This document shows, piece by piece, positions 52,518 through 64,000 of a stretch of DNA of 64,000 nt. Below the pieces are notes generated by a model. The model did no database searches, was not told where the DNA came from, and saw nothing but the letters and a program-made list of their open reading frames with translations. Both the position numbers and the translations under genes were made by a program. The stretch is taken from positions 341,744,001 to 341,808,000 of the forward strand of contig OZ024740.1 of the NCBI GenBank assembly GCA_964016885.1. The letters run 5' to 3'. The first letter of the stretch is position 1. Every line of letters starts with the position of its first letter. Origin of the DNA: Eledone cirrhosa (Eukaryota).

Positions 52518-52760
52518 GTACATGTGTTTCCAAACCTGGCCAAGATCAAGGTTACACCTGCATATGTCCAGAAAAAAAGTATAATTCTTCTGTACGTTTA
52601 GATGATAACTGCGCACTTAAAAATCCATGTGATTCCTATCCTTGTCAAAATAATGGTATATGTGTAAGTTCTAAAGAGGATTCAAATGGATTTACATGTG
52701 AATGTGTTGGTAAATCTAAGGGGGAAAATTGCCAGATAACACCTATGTCATCTTCCCCAG
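52518..52760 (+). CDS. Host exon: EGF repeats
   Basis: tttctag|GT gives GTCVSKPGQDQGYTCIC...NPCDSYPCQNNGIC...FTCECVGKSKGENC; donor CAG|gtaaga, phase 1. Confidence 0.95.
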
Positions 52761-52859
52761 GTAAGAGCTTTTATAAATAAACATGCTGTAATGAGCTAGA
52801 TATATATATAATCGTGTACATCAGTGAAAGTATATGACTTAATGCGCAGGGTCTAAGGT

Positions 52860-53030
52860 CTAAAGTCTGTCTCGAGCCTGAAGACTCATCAAGCCAGTAC
52901 TTATCCCTGTTTTCATGGCATGAAGTGACTAAGAGTCCAAGACTTCCTCATGGACAGGGTTATACCCCCAGCTATTGCTGGTACTTATTTTCAGTTCAGT
53001 ATACTGGAGCAATGTAAAATGTAGAACAAT
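52860..53030. mobile_element. Second SINE family copy; paralog at 56985-57048 + 57260-57470 is split by a TTAA MITE
   Basis: taaagtctgtctc..cctg..g.ctcatca.g and gctggtact.attt.cagtt..gt..actggagcaatgt are shared. Confidence 0.6.
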
Positions 53031-54173
53031 ACCCAGTCCATATGTCATATGACAGGAAACTTTGGGAGTATACATTTGTCACTGTAGTTAACAGTATTTA
53101 AATAAATAAGAATAAATAAATGTATCAATAAAAATCAATAAATGAATTCACTATGCCTGTATATGACTAAAATGATTCATTACATTGCTCCCACTCAAAC
53201 ACCACAAATAATATTAGGAATAACAGTGATTTAACAAAAAAGAAAAAAAAAAGAATTCGAAAAAAGGAGTATATATTTTCATACATGTTTATTCCATTCA
53301 TCAAGAAAATAGAAGACGGAAAAGAAATGTTATAGTATTGTTCTCAAAATAAATAATATCAAAATCTCATAGATTCGATATTTTGTGAGTTAATTATGTG
53401 AAATAAAGTGTTAATTATGAAAATGAAATAGTAAATATAGAGTAATGTAAATGCTAAAGGATTAATACAGACACTAAAAGCACTCACTATTATACTTGCC
53501 TAGTAATGTGTTTGAAGAAAAGCTTTGTATTGAAACAATTGTAAGACTTAAACTATGTAAGAACTTCTTGCTGTCATCTTAATTTGTTTTATATGCTGTT
53601 TTAAAATTGCAACCTTTCTTCAACCCTTTAAAAGTTTCCTCATTATATTTCTATCTACATAAATACATTGAGCTTAAATCTTTTCAATCACAGCTTCTCG
53701 TGTAACTACATTTTTTCTTATTTATTATTATTAAAAAAATATATATGAAAGAATATATATACATGTGTGTGTGTATATATGTCTATGTATGTATATAAAT
53801 GTATATATATATGTGTATATATATATATATATATATCGTTATATTTGGGGATAGTCATGTTGTCAATATTGCTAACAGAATGAAAAAAACACACCCCTTA
53901 TAATTTTCACTTTATCTTTATTGTTTGTAATTCATTTGTTTATCAAATTTCTTTTGTTACATATTCTGTGGCCTCCTCAATGATTATCTGTTTTGTGCCT
54001 TCTCTTTTTTCTGGTCTTAAACTTCTAGAAAGTTTAAGACCAGGAAAAAGTGTGTTTCTTTCTATTGGCAATATTAGCAACATGGCCATCCCCATATGTA
54101 ACAATATTGGTTTCAATATACAATTTCACATCAAGAATCTTGAGGAACAAATATAAAACGTTTCTATTTTCAG

Positions 54174-54302
54174 CAGTTAAAGAATGCTCCAGTGATATGA
54201 TATGTCACAACTTAGGAACCTGTGTTAGGCACGATGAGGGCTATGACTGTATATGTACCCTTAGGTACACTGGAAAATTATGTGACATTGAACAAGAGCA
54301 AA
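54174..54302 (+). CDS. Host exon: last EGF repeat; NAGNAG acceptor (alternative start 54177)
   Basis: ttttCAG|CAG|TT; AVKECSSDMICHNLGTCVRHDEGYDCICTLRYTGKLCDIEQEQ; donor A|gtaagt, phase 1. Confidence 0.94.
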
Positions 54303-54343
54303 GTAAGTCTCATCTCATCAAATGCTTTATTCAAAATAGATGC

Positions 54344-54395
<52 letters not shown>

Positions 54396-54454
54396 ACATG
54401 AATGGACCTGTTATTTTTCTCTAAAAAGTTTTTTTTCTGTTTCCCTCCTGCCTG

Positions 54455-54570
54455 TCTCCTCAATATGTAAGAAAGATGTAGGTAGGAACTCCATCCTCTG
54501 CCCCAAATGCAAACTATGGGTACACAAGAGATGTAGTGGGATCTCAGGAAGTTTAGTTAAGAAACAAAGG
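54455..54570 (+). mobile_element. Short RTE LINE fragment (Cys-rich, PHD-like insert)
   Basis: SICKKDVGRNSILCPKCKLWVHKRCSG resembles the equivalent - strand region of the RTE at ~52020-52110. Confidence 0.6.
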
Positions 54571-55736
54571 TGCTACCCAAGGTTTCAAAACCCAAATTTG
54601 ACCATACCTCCAGAAAACAAATTAATGACCTTTCTTCTGGCACAAGTTTAAAAGATAACATTAAAAGTGAACAGTATCTTATTAAAAGTAAACAGTATCT
54701 AGCCATAGAAACCAGGCTCAAACCAGTTCTGTATGAGCAAGACATGGTCATCAGACCTGGCTTGTCTCACTGCAGGGAAACCCATCAAACCCATGCTATC
54801 ATATTAATTTCTTCTTCATAGTCCCTTATATTAAGTGACTTCTTTCTTTGTTTTGAACTCTCATCAGAAAACAAAATTCTATCATTGTTTGTTCTAAATT
54901 CAAGTACAAACAGGATCAATAAAATATATACCTATATGATATAACCCTGTCAAGTCAGTCAACTATTAAATGGTTCCCTTCGATAATGACAGACTATGGA
55001 TATGCACTGGAAAGTTTCTCTCCAAAGCACAAGCTAGGGCAAGCTGCTTTTCGTGAAAGACCAATAGTCGTTCATACATGTCTTTCACCCCTCTCTATGC
55101 CACCAATGTTGTCCAAGGGAAAGGTATAAGCTGACACAGCTTAGCACTAGAGTGTCATCCCAATTCATTTTTTTTTATCCAATTGAGTAAATTGGAGCAA
55201 CATGAAATAAAATGCCTTGCTCAAGGACACAAACATTTCTCATCCTAGAACCTAAGTTGTAGTCTGAGAGGAAGCACAATTAAACTGGCAACATTAGAAC
55301 TGTGTAGCAGCAAAAAATAACAGCAACAATAACGATAATAGTTTGCAGTCTTATTCACAGAGCACAGCCCCAATACTGCCACGCCCTAGGTCTAGGGCCC
55401 ATCACCGTCACCTTTCCCTTTCCCCATTCTTCTGTGACGCTAGAGCCCTTGCCTTTACCTTCTTTTTCTATTTTCATAACCACAAAAGACACTTGAATTT
55501 TTTACAATGGATTTTTTAAAAAGTGGATAATATAGTTGTCATATAGTTGTTATAATTGTTATTATAACAATAGTGATATAAAGATACCATATATACTCGA
55601 ATATAAGCCAATCCAAATATAAACGGTCATTTTCTGGTTAAATAATGTTTATTTTTTCTAAATTGTATATTTATTATATATTACATATTTATTCTTTCAA
55701 TATAATATATTATAGATAATTTACTTTATATTGCAG

Positions 55737-55825
55737 AGAAGAAATCATTTGATGTTACTGTTGAAGTCCAATACCCTTTCTCAAAAACTAGTAACAAGGG
55801 ATTTCCAGATTATTTCTCTAAACAG
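55737..55825 (+). CDS. Host exon: N-terminal part of SEA-like domain
   Basis: attgcag|AG gives KKKSFDVTVEVQYPFSKTSNKGFPDYFSKQ; donor CAG|gtaaac; phases 1 to 0 fit neighbours. Confidence 0.82.
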
Positions 55826-55884
55826 GTAAACTTTGCAATGTTATTTCTGAAATGCAAAGACACTGGGTGATAGTGTGTAGGATA

Positions 55885-56050
55885 CTAGCATAGCTGTATG
55901 GTCAAGAAGTTTGTTTCGCAGCCATATGGATTTAAGTTCAGCCCCACTGCATTGCACCTTTGGCAAGTTTAATCTACTATAGCCTCAGGTCAATCAATGG
56001 CTTGTGAATGAACTTGATAGGCAGAAACACAAAGGAAGCTCATCATGTGT
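55885..56050 (+). mobile_element. Decayed tRNA-derived SINE (third type) followed by (TG/TA)-rich tract
   Basis: tagctgtatggtcaag (A box-like), aagttcagcccc (B box-like), accttTggcaagt CORE-like motif. Confidence 0.5.
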
Positions 56051-56383
56051 GTATGTATGGTGTGCACATGTGTATATGCATATGTGCACGTGAGTATATG
56101 CATCTGTGTGTCCATGTCTGGGTTTATGTTTACTATAAAAAAAAAAACAATGTTGTGTCAAAAATACAACTTGGCAGTTTTATATCTATGGACTCAGAAA
56201 TGAAGTACCAGATTGAAATAAGTTCTGGAATTGATAAAATATAGTTGTATGCCCAATGACTGAAATAGTAAAAAATAATATTAAGATAATCCTCAATTAT
56301 AAAATATTTTTAAAAAAGCAACTCTAACCCATGCTAGCATGGAAAATGGACATTAAACAGTGATGATTATGATGATGATATAA

Positions 56384-56559
56384 CAGACCTGCCAACCTCT
56401 AAAATCCCACATGAGGAGTACCATGAAAAAAAGTGCCCCAAAATGGGGGAGATTTTACATAATGAAAGCTATACTCATTTTCACAAGAGGAGACATCTCT
56501 CACCCACCCGAAAGAGGGTGGAAGATCTCCCTGTTGGACGTGGAGAGTTGGCAGGTCTG
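56384..56559. mobile_element. MITE with 13-bp perfect TIR CAGACCTGCCAAC
   Basis: cagacctgccaac...gttggcaggtctg; flanks atataa/atatag could be a 6-bp TSD; superfamily unassigned. Confidence 0.75.
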
Positions 56560-56663
56560 ATATAGTAATAATATACTCCCAAAAGAGAAGAAGAAGAATA
56601 GAGTGTACAATAATGAAACCATTGTAGTTATAAAAACTGAATAAATCAGTTTATAATAGAGAG

Positions 56664-56782
56664 AGTGTTTAGATGTTTAGAATGAAAAGTATGGTTATAA
56701 TAGATATAGTGTTTAGATGTTTAGAATGAAAAGTATGGTTATAATAGATATAGTGTTTAGATGTTTAGAATGAAAAGTATGG
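56664..56782. repeat. 44-bp tandem repeat, ~2.7 perfect copies
   Basis: gtgtttagatgtttagaatgaaaagtatggttataatagatata repeated. Confidence 0.9.
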
Positions 56783-56832
56783 AAATGAAAAGCCAATTGA
56801 TTGTTACATGTCTTTTTCTTAATATTTTTTAG

Positions 56833-56897
56833 CTAAAAAGCTTATACCATAAAATTCTGAAAAAAGTCCAGTTACAAGTGCACATTAAAAACCTGAA
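56833..56897 (+). CDS. Host exon: middle of SEA-like domain
   Basis: ttttttag|CTA gives LKSLYHKILKKVQLQVHIKNL; donor AA|gtaagt; phases 0 to 2. Confidence 0.82.
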
Positions 56898-57780
56898 GTA
56901 AGTTATTGTTTTTAACTTTTTTTAAAATGTACTTTGGGCGGAAATGTAAATATTTGTTTAGAGGTAACTTGTTAAATTAATCAGTTAAAGTCTGTCTCAA
57001 ACCTGGAGGCTCATCAGGTTGCTGTTTATCCCAGTTTCATTAGCATTAACCTTTTAATATTTAAACCAGCCATATCCGGCCAGAATTCTCTCACCTCTTT
57101 CTGTTCAAACTGGCTGTAACCAACCACTCATACTGATGTTAAGGTATTTTTCTAATTAAATAATATCAAAATCTTATAGATTTGATATTATGTGAGATAA
57201 TTATGTAAGGTCCTTTACCATGAAAATATAATATAAAATATATAGTAATGTATATGTTAAAGTGTTAGGTGACTGGGAGTACAAGACTTGCCCCTGGACA
57301 AGATGCCAGTCAATTGCAGGGTTAAACTCAAGTTTTTGCTGGTACTCATTTCCAGTTGAGTGGACTGGAGCAATGTGAACTGAAGTGTTTTGCTCAAGAA
57401 CACAATGCTACCCAGTCCAAGAATTAAACCCACAACATTACGATCATATATCCAACACTTTAACCACATAGAGTTATGTGTAAAAGACATATTAATCCTA
57501 TCTATTTTCCAGGGAAACACCTCTATACTTCTCTATACTGCCCCAATTTGCCCATAAAAGTGAGAGATGGGGAGAGCGGGAGAGACAGAGGCAGTGACAG
57601 TGTATATGTATATGTTTCAAAGGAGCAATATTAAAGTCACTATTTTGCTATCACTATACATAGTAACCTCACCTCTAGGGTATCTCTTTGTCCAATAGTA
57701 TGGCCTTCTTTCACTATATCTACTCTTTCCATATCAAAAATTTAATTTTCATTTCATTATTAAAAAATATTTTTTTCCAG

Positions 57781-57962
57781 GCCTGGCTTTTCTTTTAATG
57801 ACACTGTGGTTCAGTTTGAATTGATTGTCATTCAATATATAAACTCTTCTGAAAAAAATCCAGTTACAGATCCATACACGATAAGACGTATCCTTGAAGA
57901 TGCTTTATACCAAAATACATTTGGTGATTTAAGTGCATCTCGTCGAAATTTCGCATTTAAAG
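57781..57962 (+). CDS. Host exon: C-terminal part of SEA-like domain
   Basis: ttttccag|G gives KPGFSFNDTVVQFELIVI...IRRILEDALYQNTFGDLSASRRNFAFK; donor G|gtaata; phases 2 to 1; open throughout. Confidence 0.86.
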
Positions 57963-58351
57963 GTAATATTTGATCATTTTTCCTTTTTATAACATAGCCC
58001 AATCAATGTATCATCTATTTCTTATATTAGAATTCCCCTTTTTTTTACTATTTTTCTGCATGACTGCTATATTTTCATGTAACTGATATACCCAGTTATA
58101 GTTCTGAGAAAATCTTTATTAACTTTCTTGTTACCAACTGAACCAAAACCAATTCTTCTTCTATAAAATACAGAACATCATACTCTGATATGAATGGCAA
58201 TCCTTATATTTTAGTGTCTTAAGCATGGCCTATAAATGCCATATTTTAAGACAACTCACTTTCATGCATTTCTTTTCCTTGTATATATATACCTCTGCCT
58301 ATATATGCCATATTTTAAGTCTTAACTCACTTTAATGTATATATTTTCCTA

Positions 58352-58352
<1 letters not shown>

Positions 58353-58438
<86 letters not shown>

Positions 58439-58450
58439 GAGAGAGAGAGA
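58353..58450. repeat. Compound microsatellite (TA)n(GA)n
   Basis: Seen directly; other (TA)n tracts at ~53800-53836 and 54346-54391. Confidence 0.95.
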
Positions 58451-61034
58451 AAAAAGAGATGTGAGAAAAACCACAGACCCTCCATCTCAACTCTACTTTT
58501 GAAAAGCAGAACTGCGAAACCAGTAAAGGAACCAAATAAATATATATATTTTTTTAAAAATAAGACTCCAGTTGCATTTTAGATTTCATCTATTTTTCTT
58601 TATACTTTCACTCGTGTAGGACACCTCGGTTATTTTTCATTTTGTAAAAATAACCTCACTTTCTAATATATATATATACACCTCTCCTCTATCTTGAACT
58701 TGAAAGGCATGATCAGTTTAATCAAAGTAATGAGATTGATGGCTATATAGGACTATGTCAGTGTACTTACCTATAGACTATCTGTGGGTATTTGGTCAAT
58801 ACAGGCAAGTCTATAGCTGTTTATCAATCATTTGCATTGTTCTAGAAAGGATTTCACATTAGCGAAGCTAGTTTGGAAGTAAAATATTTAAATCATGACT
58901 GTTATTTGATGTTCTAATACGAAGTAAATAAAAAGAGAAATAGATAAAAATTATATACTGAGTTAACAACAGGATACAAAGATCTTAATACTTCTGATAA
59001 TCCATTATAGAGAGCTGGATCTTTCTTACAGTCAGAGCCACTAAGAGAATTTTGGAAAAGCAAAATATGATTGCTGTCAGAACAGAGGAAGCAGGGGAAA
59101 GTTCCTTCCATAATTCAAGGAAGCCGGAATGGACTAGAATAATTATAATTGGATTGTATTTTAAATAGTAATTACTTGATGTAGACACAAGGAGCAAATA
59201 AACCTAGTGAATACATACAATAACCACTTCAGGTTCTCTGAAAAAAACCCACCCATTTTAATTAAAATCTTCTAAAATAGTTATATATTAGAACAATATA
59301 TTAAGTTGCTATCTTAGTAATAAAATGATTAATAAGTTTAGTAAATCCTTCAAAATTCTTCATCAATTAAAATAGAATGTATTTCATTAAAAATATCACA
59401 AAAAAGTTGACATAGGAAACATATGAATAAAATAGAATGTTCTGGAACAGTTGTTCCCAAATTTTGCCATGGGGCAGTTTTCCAAAAATGACAAAACCCA
59501 TAGCTATATTTTCTGGGCATTGTCCTAATTTATATAAGACATTAAATGAAACCAAAATTGTTTTAGAGATAGACATTTTTCATATAAAAGAAGTTAAAAG
59601 ATGCCATAAATTTTTATTAGATTTTATCAAAAGACACCTTATCTTTTTAGCAGAACCCAGTTTGGGAAACATTGTTCTAGAACAACAAACCAGTCATGAT
59701 AAAACACAATGCCTTTTTAATAAGCACCTTGTCTTAACCCTTTATCATTTAAACTGGCCATATCTGGCCAGAATTCTCTCACCTCTTTCTGTTCAAACTG
59801 GTCGTAACTGGCCACTCATAACAACGTTAAGGTATTGTTCTCAATATAAATAACATCAAAATCTCATAGATTCGATATTATGTGAGATAATTATATGAAG
59901 TAAAGCCTTTATCATGAAAATATATCTGTAATATTACAAATGAGACCGCTCTACACTGAGAAAATTATACCAGATCTTTTTAATACTATTTTAATACTAT
60001 ACCCTATTTTGCTGATTATACTGGGTAATAGTTAATATATGATCATGAAACTTTTATATTGTATTTGTCTAAATGTTTCTGTATATTTAGTTTTAAAAAA
60101 AAATAGTTGCATGTAGTAGAAACTTGAAGTTTTCTTTTCTAATGTGTGTATGTGTGTTTACATGTGTACTTGTGTCTTATAACTGACCACGAATAAGTTA
60201 TATTTTAGGGTGTCTGTCCTATTTCAATATTTTTTGATTTGATAGCTAATTCAGACTAGTTTATAAATGAGATATATTGAATGTTGATGGTTTGTATGAT
60301 TGTGTTAAAAACAAAAACAACTTAATTATGACACAAACTAAGTTTCTTTAAATTTCTTTACAGTTAAAACAATATCTTTGCTTAAACATCTTTCAAATAT
60401 TGAATAAAACCAATTATACATAATGCCTCCCTAACATTGATTGATCTACATCAAATGAAACAGATTTAATTAGAGAGGAAATATACTATGATCAGTGACA
60501 TAGCTAGAGTTTATGCTACCTTGAATAATCTTTGAGTTTGCCATTCCACCAAACAAAATACGCACTAAAAATGCCACACAGGGTTGACTCTCCACCCCTA
60601 GTTTAGCTATGCTACCAACTAAAATACTAGACCTCCCACTAGTTGATATCAAATAAAATGTTCTCCACAAACCCTCATATCCAACTAGTGACACCACCAG
60701 CCATTAATAAGCCCATCTCATGGTCTAGGAAGTGAAGAAAAATAAATGAAATATGCTTTATTCAAATGGAAGAGTAAAAAGTCAAATAGTTTGCTTTAGC
60801 AGTGGTGGAATGGACTTAAATGTAGAAGATTCTGTAATTATTAAAATGCTTTTAGGAACCTCCTATTTCGTCTGAGTGTGTTGAGGAGCAGTTTTTAAAC
60901 TGAAGGCGAATCTCAGTAGTTGACATGAATAGGATAAATAGAAGATTATATGTCTGTCACATGGTAATGAGACTTAGTTACTAAAGAAAAAAAATAATAG
61001 ACAAAAGATAGAGCAACATTTCCTCTAATTTATC

Positions 61035-61200
61035 CAGTGCTGGATTTAGGATAAATGAGGCACTGTGATAGTTAAGTTATGAAGCCCCTTACTTAGGCCC
61101 TGAAGGAGGCAAAACATTTTTGGGGCAGGAATATGGGCTACCCTGACCAACGAGGCACTGTGCTTAAGCACACATAAGGACAATGGTAAATCCAGCACTG
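61035..61200. mobile_element. hAT-like MITE
   Basis: 14-bp perfect TIR CAGTGCTGGATTTA; 8-bp TSD aatttatc/aatttgtc (7 of 8 match). Confidence 0.82.
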
Positions 61201-62077
61201 AATTTGTCCCATCTACTAAACAGAAGTTTTGGTGCTTTGAGCAAAATTATTTTAAATTTAAATCTACTGAGCAGCAATATTTTGCAGCTTGTGACAACCT
61301 ATTGATGTGTGTGGTACCAATACAGCACACCCATAGAGCTTAGAAGGAACATTATCTGTGAATGGGGAAGAATGCAATGACTGATCTATTTAATGTGTTT
61401 TATGAATGGGTAAAGCAGGATGGATGGGCTAAGCTAGATGAAAAAGTGAAATTTTTGATATGTGATGATAAAGGACACATTATGATGGTGATTGTTGGTA
61501 GAGGTGTTGTCTGAGAAAACTTGAATTCACAGAAGAATCAGAGGACAAAGACGGAATAACTGTAAGTCTGTCCAACTCTTAACAGCATGAAAAAACAGGA
61601 AAACAACCGATTTTAATGTTGTTGTTGTTGTTGTTGTTGGCAATGTTTTTAACTTAAGCCAGCTCTGATTAAGCAAAGCTATAATCAAAGGTATTCCATC
61701 CATGACCATCCCATCTTTTATTCAGTCCAACATAACCATAACTGCATCATTGACTGTCTGTTCTTGTATTTTTTAATGATAGGATGCAATGAAGGAGATT
61801 TGTCTGCTATGGTGGTTGTGGTGGTAGTGGTGGTGTTTTAGGAATAGTAATATAAAAGAGAAGTATTTCATTGAACCTTGTTTATATAGAAAGGTGTTTA
61901 ATTAAGTAGAAATATTTCAGAACATTTAGCTTACGTAAATCTGTACTGATAATTGGATATGTGTTTCTTATTTTACCACTGATATTCTCCTCTCAAGAAC
62001 TGAACCCACAAATCACATCCAGTTCTAGAAATTATTCTTATAGATTTCTTTCTGTTCCTTATTTTTTATTCCCCTAG

Positions 62078-62201
62078 TGGTCACACCTAGAGTGGTACAT
62101 AGTAGTACTGTGTTCTATGTTCTACTGGCTATTTTTATTCTGGTCATTGTTGCTGTTGGAGTCTGGATTTACTTCAGAAAGTGTCGTCGCAGGGAACAAC
62201 C
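62078..62201 (+). CDS. Host exon: transmembrane helix and basic stop-transfer
   Basis: cccctag|TG gives VVTPRVVHSST-VFYVLLAIFILVIVAVGVWIYF-RKCRRREQ; donor CC|gtgagt; phases 1 to 2. Confidence 0.9.
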
Positions 62202-62632
62202 GTGAGTTGGCAGCAATTTATTTTGGTTTTTTTTTTCTACTACTAAATTATTGACAGCTCTAAGTTTAGCTTTATCATCATCATTATTAGTAAACTAGAC
62301 ATTAGTATAGCTTCAACTAAGCGGTTAAGCTATACTGATACCAGTTTAGCCAGGTCAGTTAGCTAACAGACTCCTGGACTACAGGTATCCAATGTGGCCT
62401 CACCAGTGATCTAATGGTCAGTTAAGTAAGAGGGGATCTTAATGATATAGTGGTCACCTGAGATAGAAGTAACCAAATTGAATAGAAAGGTTCAGTCTTA
62501 TTTTAAATTGAGAATATCTTCATCTATGAAGTTAGTGTTACTCAGCAGAAAAATGGAGGATTGAACCAGTTAGTCATTTCACTGATTAATCAGATAGATC
62601 AATGACTTCCACACAACTTTTAATACAAACTT

Positions 62633-62674
62633 CATGATCATCATCATCATCAGCCTCATCATCCTCATCACCAC

Positions 62675-62723
<49 letters not shown>

Positions 62724-62888
62724 GTCATCATCATCATCATCATCATCATCGTCATCTTCATCATCATCCTCATCACCACCACCGTCATGATGATGATGAT
62801 GATGATCAAGATGATCATGATCTCCATCATCATCATCATCATCATCACCACCACCATCATCATCCTCATGATCGATCATCACCACCAC

Positions 62889-62945
<57 letters not shown>

Positions 62946-63120
62946 CATCACGACCACTGCCACCACCACCCTCATCATCCTCATCACGACCACTGCCACC
63001 ACCACCCTCATCATCCTCATCACCACCACTGTCACCATCATCATTATTGTAATCAACCTTAAGATCCTCCTTGTCATCATCATCACTACCACCACCACCA
63101 TCACCACCACCACAACCAGC
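62633..63120. repeat. Long (CAT)n/(CAC)n microsatellite with an embedded (GAT)n segment
   Basis: Seen directly; GAT run at ~62789-62822. Confidence 0.95.
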
Positions 63121-63525
63121 ACTGACATTTGGACATTATCCTATGTACTATACATGCACCTTTGACGAGTTGTAGTGCACCTGAGCACTGTGCACAATAA
63201 TTTCATCATTATTATTATTATTACCACCTCCAACATCATCATCATTAGCAACATATTCATCATCATTATAAACCCTCAATTATTTTATACATTAAATCTA
63301 AATTCAGTACACAAGACAATAGGATTCGACATATTCTAGAATAACTGTGGATATTTTATAAGGAATTAATATATTTAGTTGTGTTTGAAGAGTGTATGTA
63401 CTTGTAGGGGCAATTTAAATGTGTGTATGTATGTGTGACTGTAGTTGTATGTGTGCTTTGCATGTGTATGTGAGTATCTGAAAAGCATTTTATTTAACTC
63501 TAACTATAACTTTAATTTCTTTCAG

Positions 63526-63632
63526 AACTATAAACTCTGCACAGAGTAACTGGAATGAAATGCAGCACACAACAAACCCTGCATACAGTCCAACAATCAA
63601 CCGAAGACCTCCTCCACCCATTCCACTTGAAG
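63526..63632 (+). CDS. Host exon: cytoplasmic tail with NPxY and proline-rich motif; gene continues beyond the window
   Basis: ctttcag|A gives PTINSAQSNWNEMQHTTNPAYSPTINRRPPPPIPLE; donor AAG|gtaggg, phase 1. Confidence 0.86.
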
Positions 63633-63672
63633 GTAGGGTCTTTTCACCATTATCATCATTATCACCATTTAA

Positions 63673-63835
63673 CCCTTTAGTATTTACATTACTCTATATA
63701 TACTATTATATTTTCATGGTAAAAGCTTTACTGCGCATTATTATCTCACATATCGAATCTATGAGATTGTGATATTATTTATTTTGGGAAGTGAGAGAAT
63801 TCTGACCGGATATGGCCGGTTTAAATGCTAAGGGG
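63673..63835. mobile_element. TTAA-flanked (piggyBac-like) MITE; related copies at ~53330-53465, 57049-57265 and 59737-59925
   Basis: TTAA-CCCTTTAGTATTTA...TAAATGCTAAGGGG-TTAA; shared internal aatctcatagattcgatat and gaattctctcac. Confidence 0.75.
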
Positions 63836-64000
63836 TTAATGTCTGTTTTCCATGCCTGCATGGGTTAGACAGGTTGTCACATGTTTTAGGTCAGACCAGT
63901 CAGGTGATAACATCCTGCTTCTATGCTCCATTTTGGCTTGGTTTTTATGGCTGGATGCCCTCCTTAATGCCAATCACCTTACAAAATGTACTGGGACCAT

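Noticed and set aside
59651-59692. Possible extra phase-1 micro-exon (AEPSLGNIVLEQQT) after ttttag
   Set aside because: Donor gtcatg is poor and 57962 joins 62078 in frame without it; RNA-seq would be needed to revive it
60420-60710. Possible LINE endonuclease fragment on the - strand
   Set aside because: No diagnostic motif recognisable
62579-63128. Poly-Met, poly-Asp and poly-His ORFs
   Set aside because: Translations of an intronic trinucleotide microsatellite
36692-63632. Naming the gene SVEP1, Notch, crumbs or uif
   Set aside because: The downstream architecture (no CCP, LNR or ANK; SEA-like plus TM) matches none of them, so no symbol is assigned

Overview
Eukaryotic, AT-rich, microsatellite-rich genomic DNA; the SINE and retroelement repertoire suggests an invertebrate, possibly an octopus (inference only). 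Bases 1-~31,140 are a homogeneous 40-bp satellite (~780 monomers) with two variant domains and irregular higher-order blocks. It grades into a diverged ~49-50-bp minisatellite (to 33,390) and then a decayed Penelope-like element: RT on the - strand, GIY-YIG on the + strand, an inverted pLTR and a hammerhead motif. From 36,692 to 63,632, eleven phase-compatible + strand exons (1,867 nt, ~622 codons) encode part of a type I membrane protein: C-terminal part of a pentraxin/LamG domain, six full EGF repeats plus one truncated repeat, a SEA-like domain, a TM helix and a tail with NPAY and RRPPPPIP. The first exon starts mid-domain, so the satellite appears to lie inside a >36-kb intron. Later introns hold a composite Tx1/L1-clade LINE inserted into a tRNA-derived SINE, a Buster-type hAT with nested MITE and SINEs, a second PLE remnant with a hammerhead, an RTE LINE and several MITEs. 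One intron needs a GC donor and one acceptor is NAGNAG. No prokaryotic systems or CRISPR arrays were found. All calls are by eye, without database searches.
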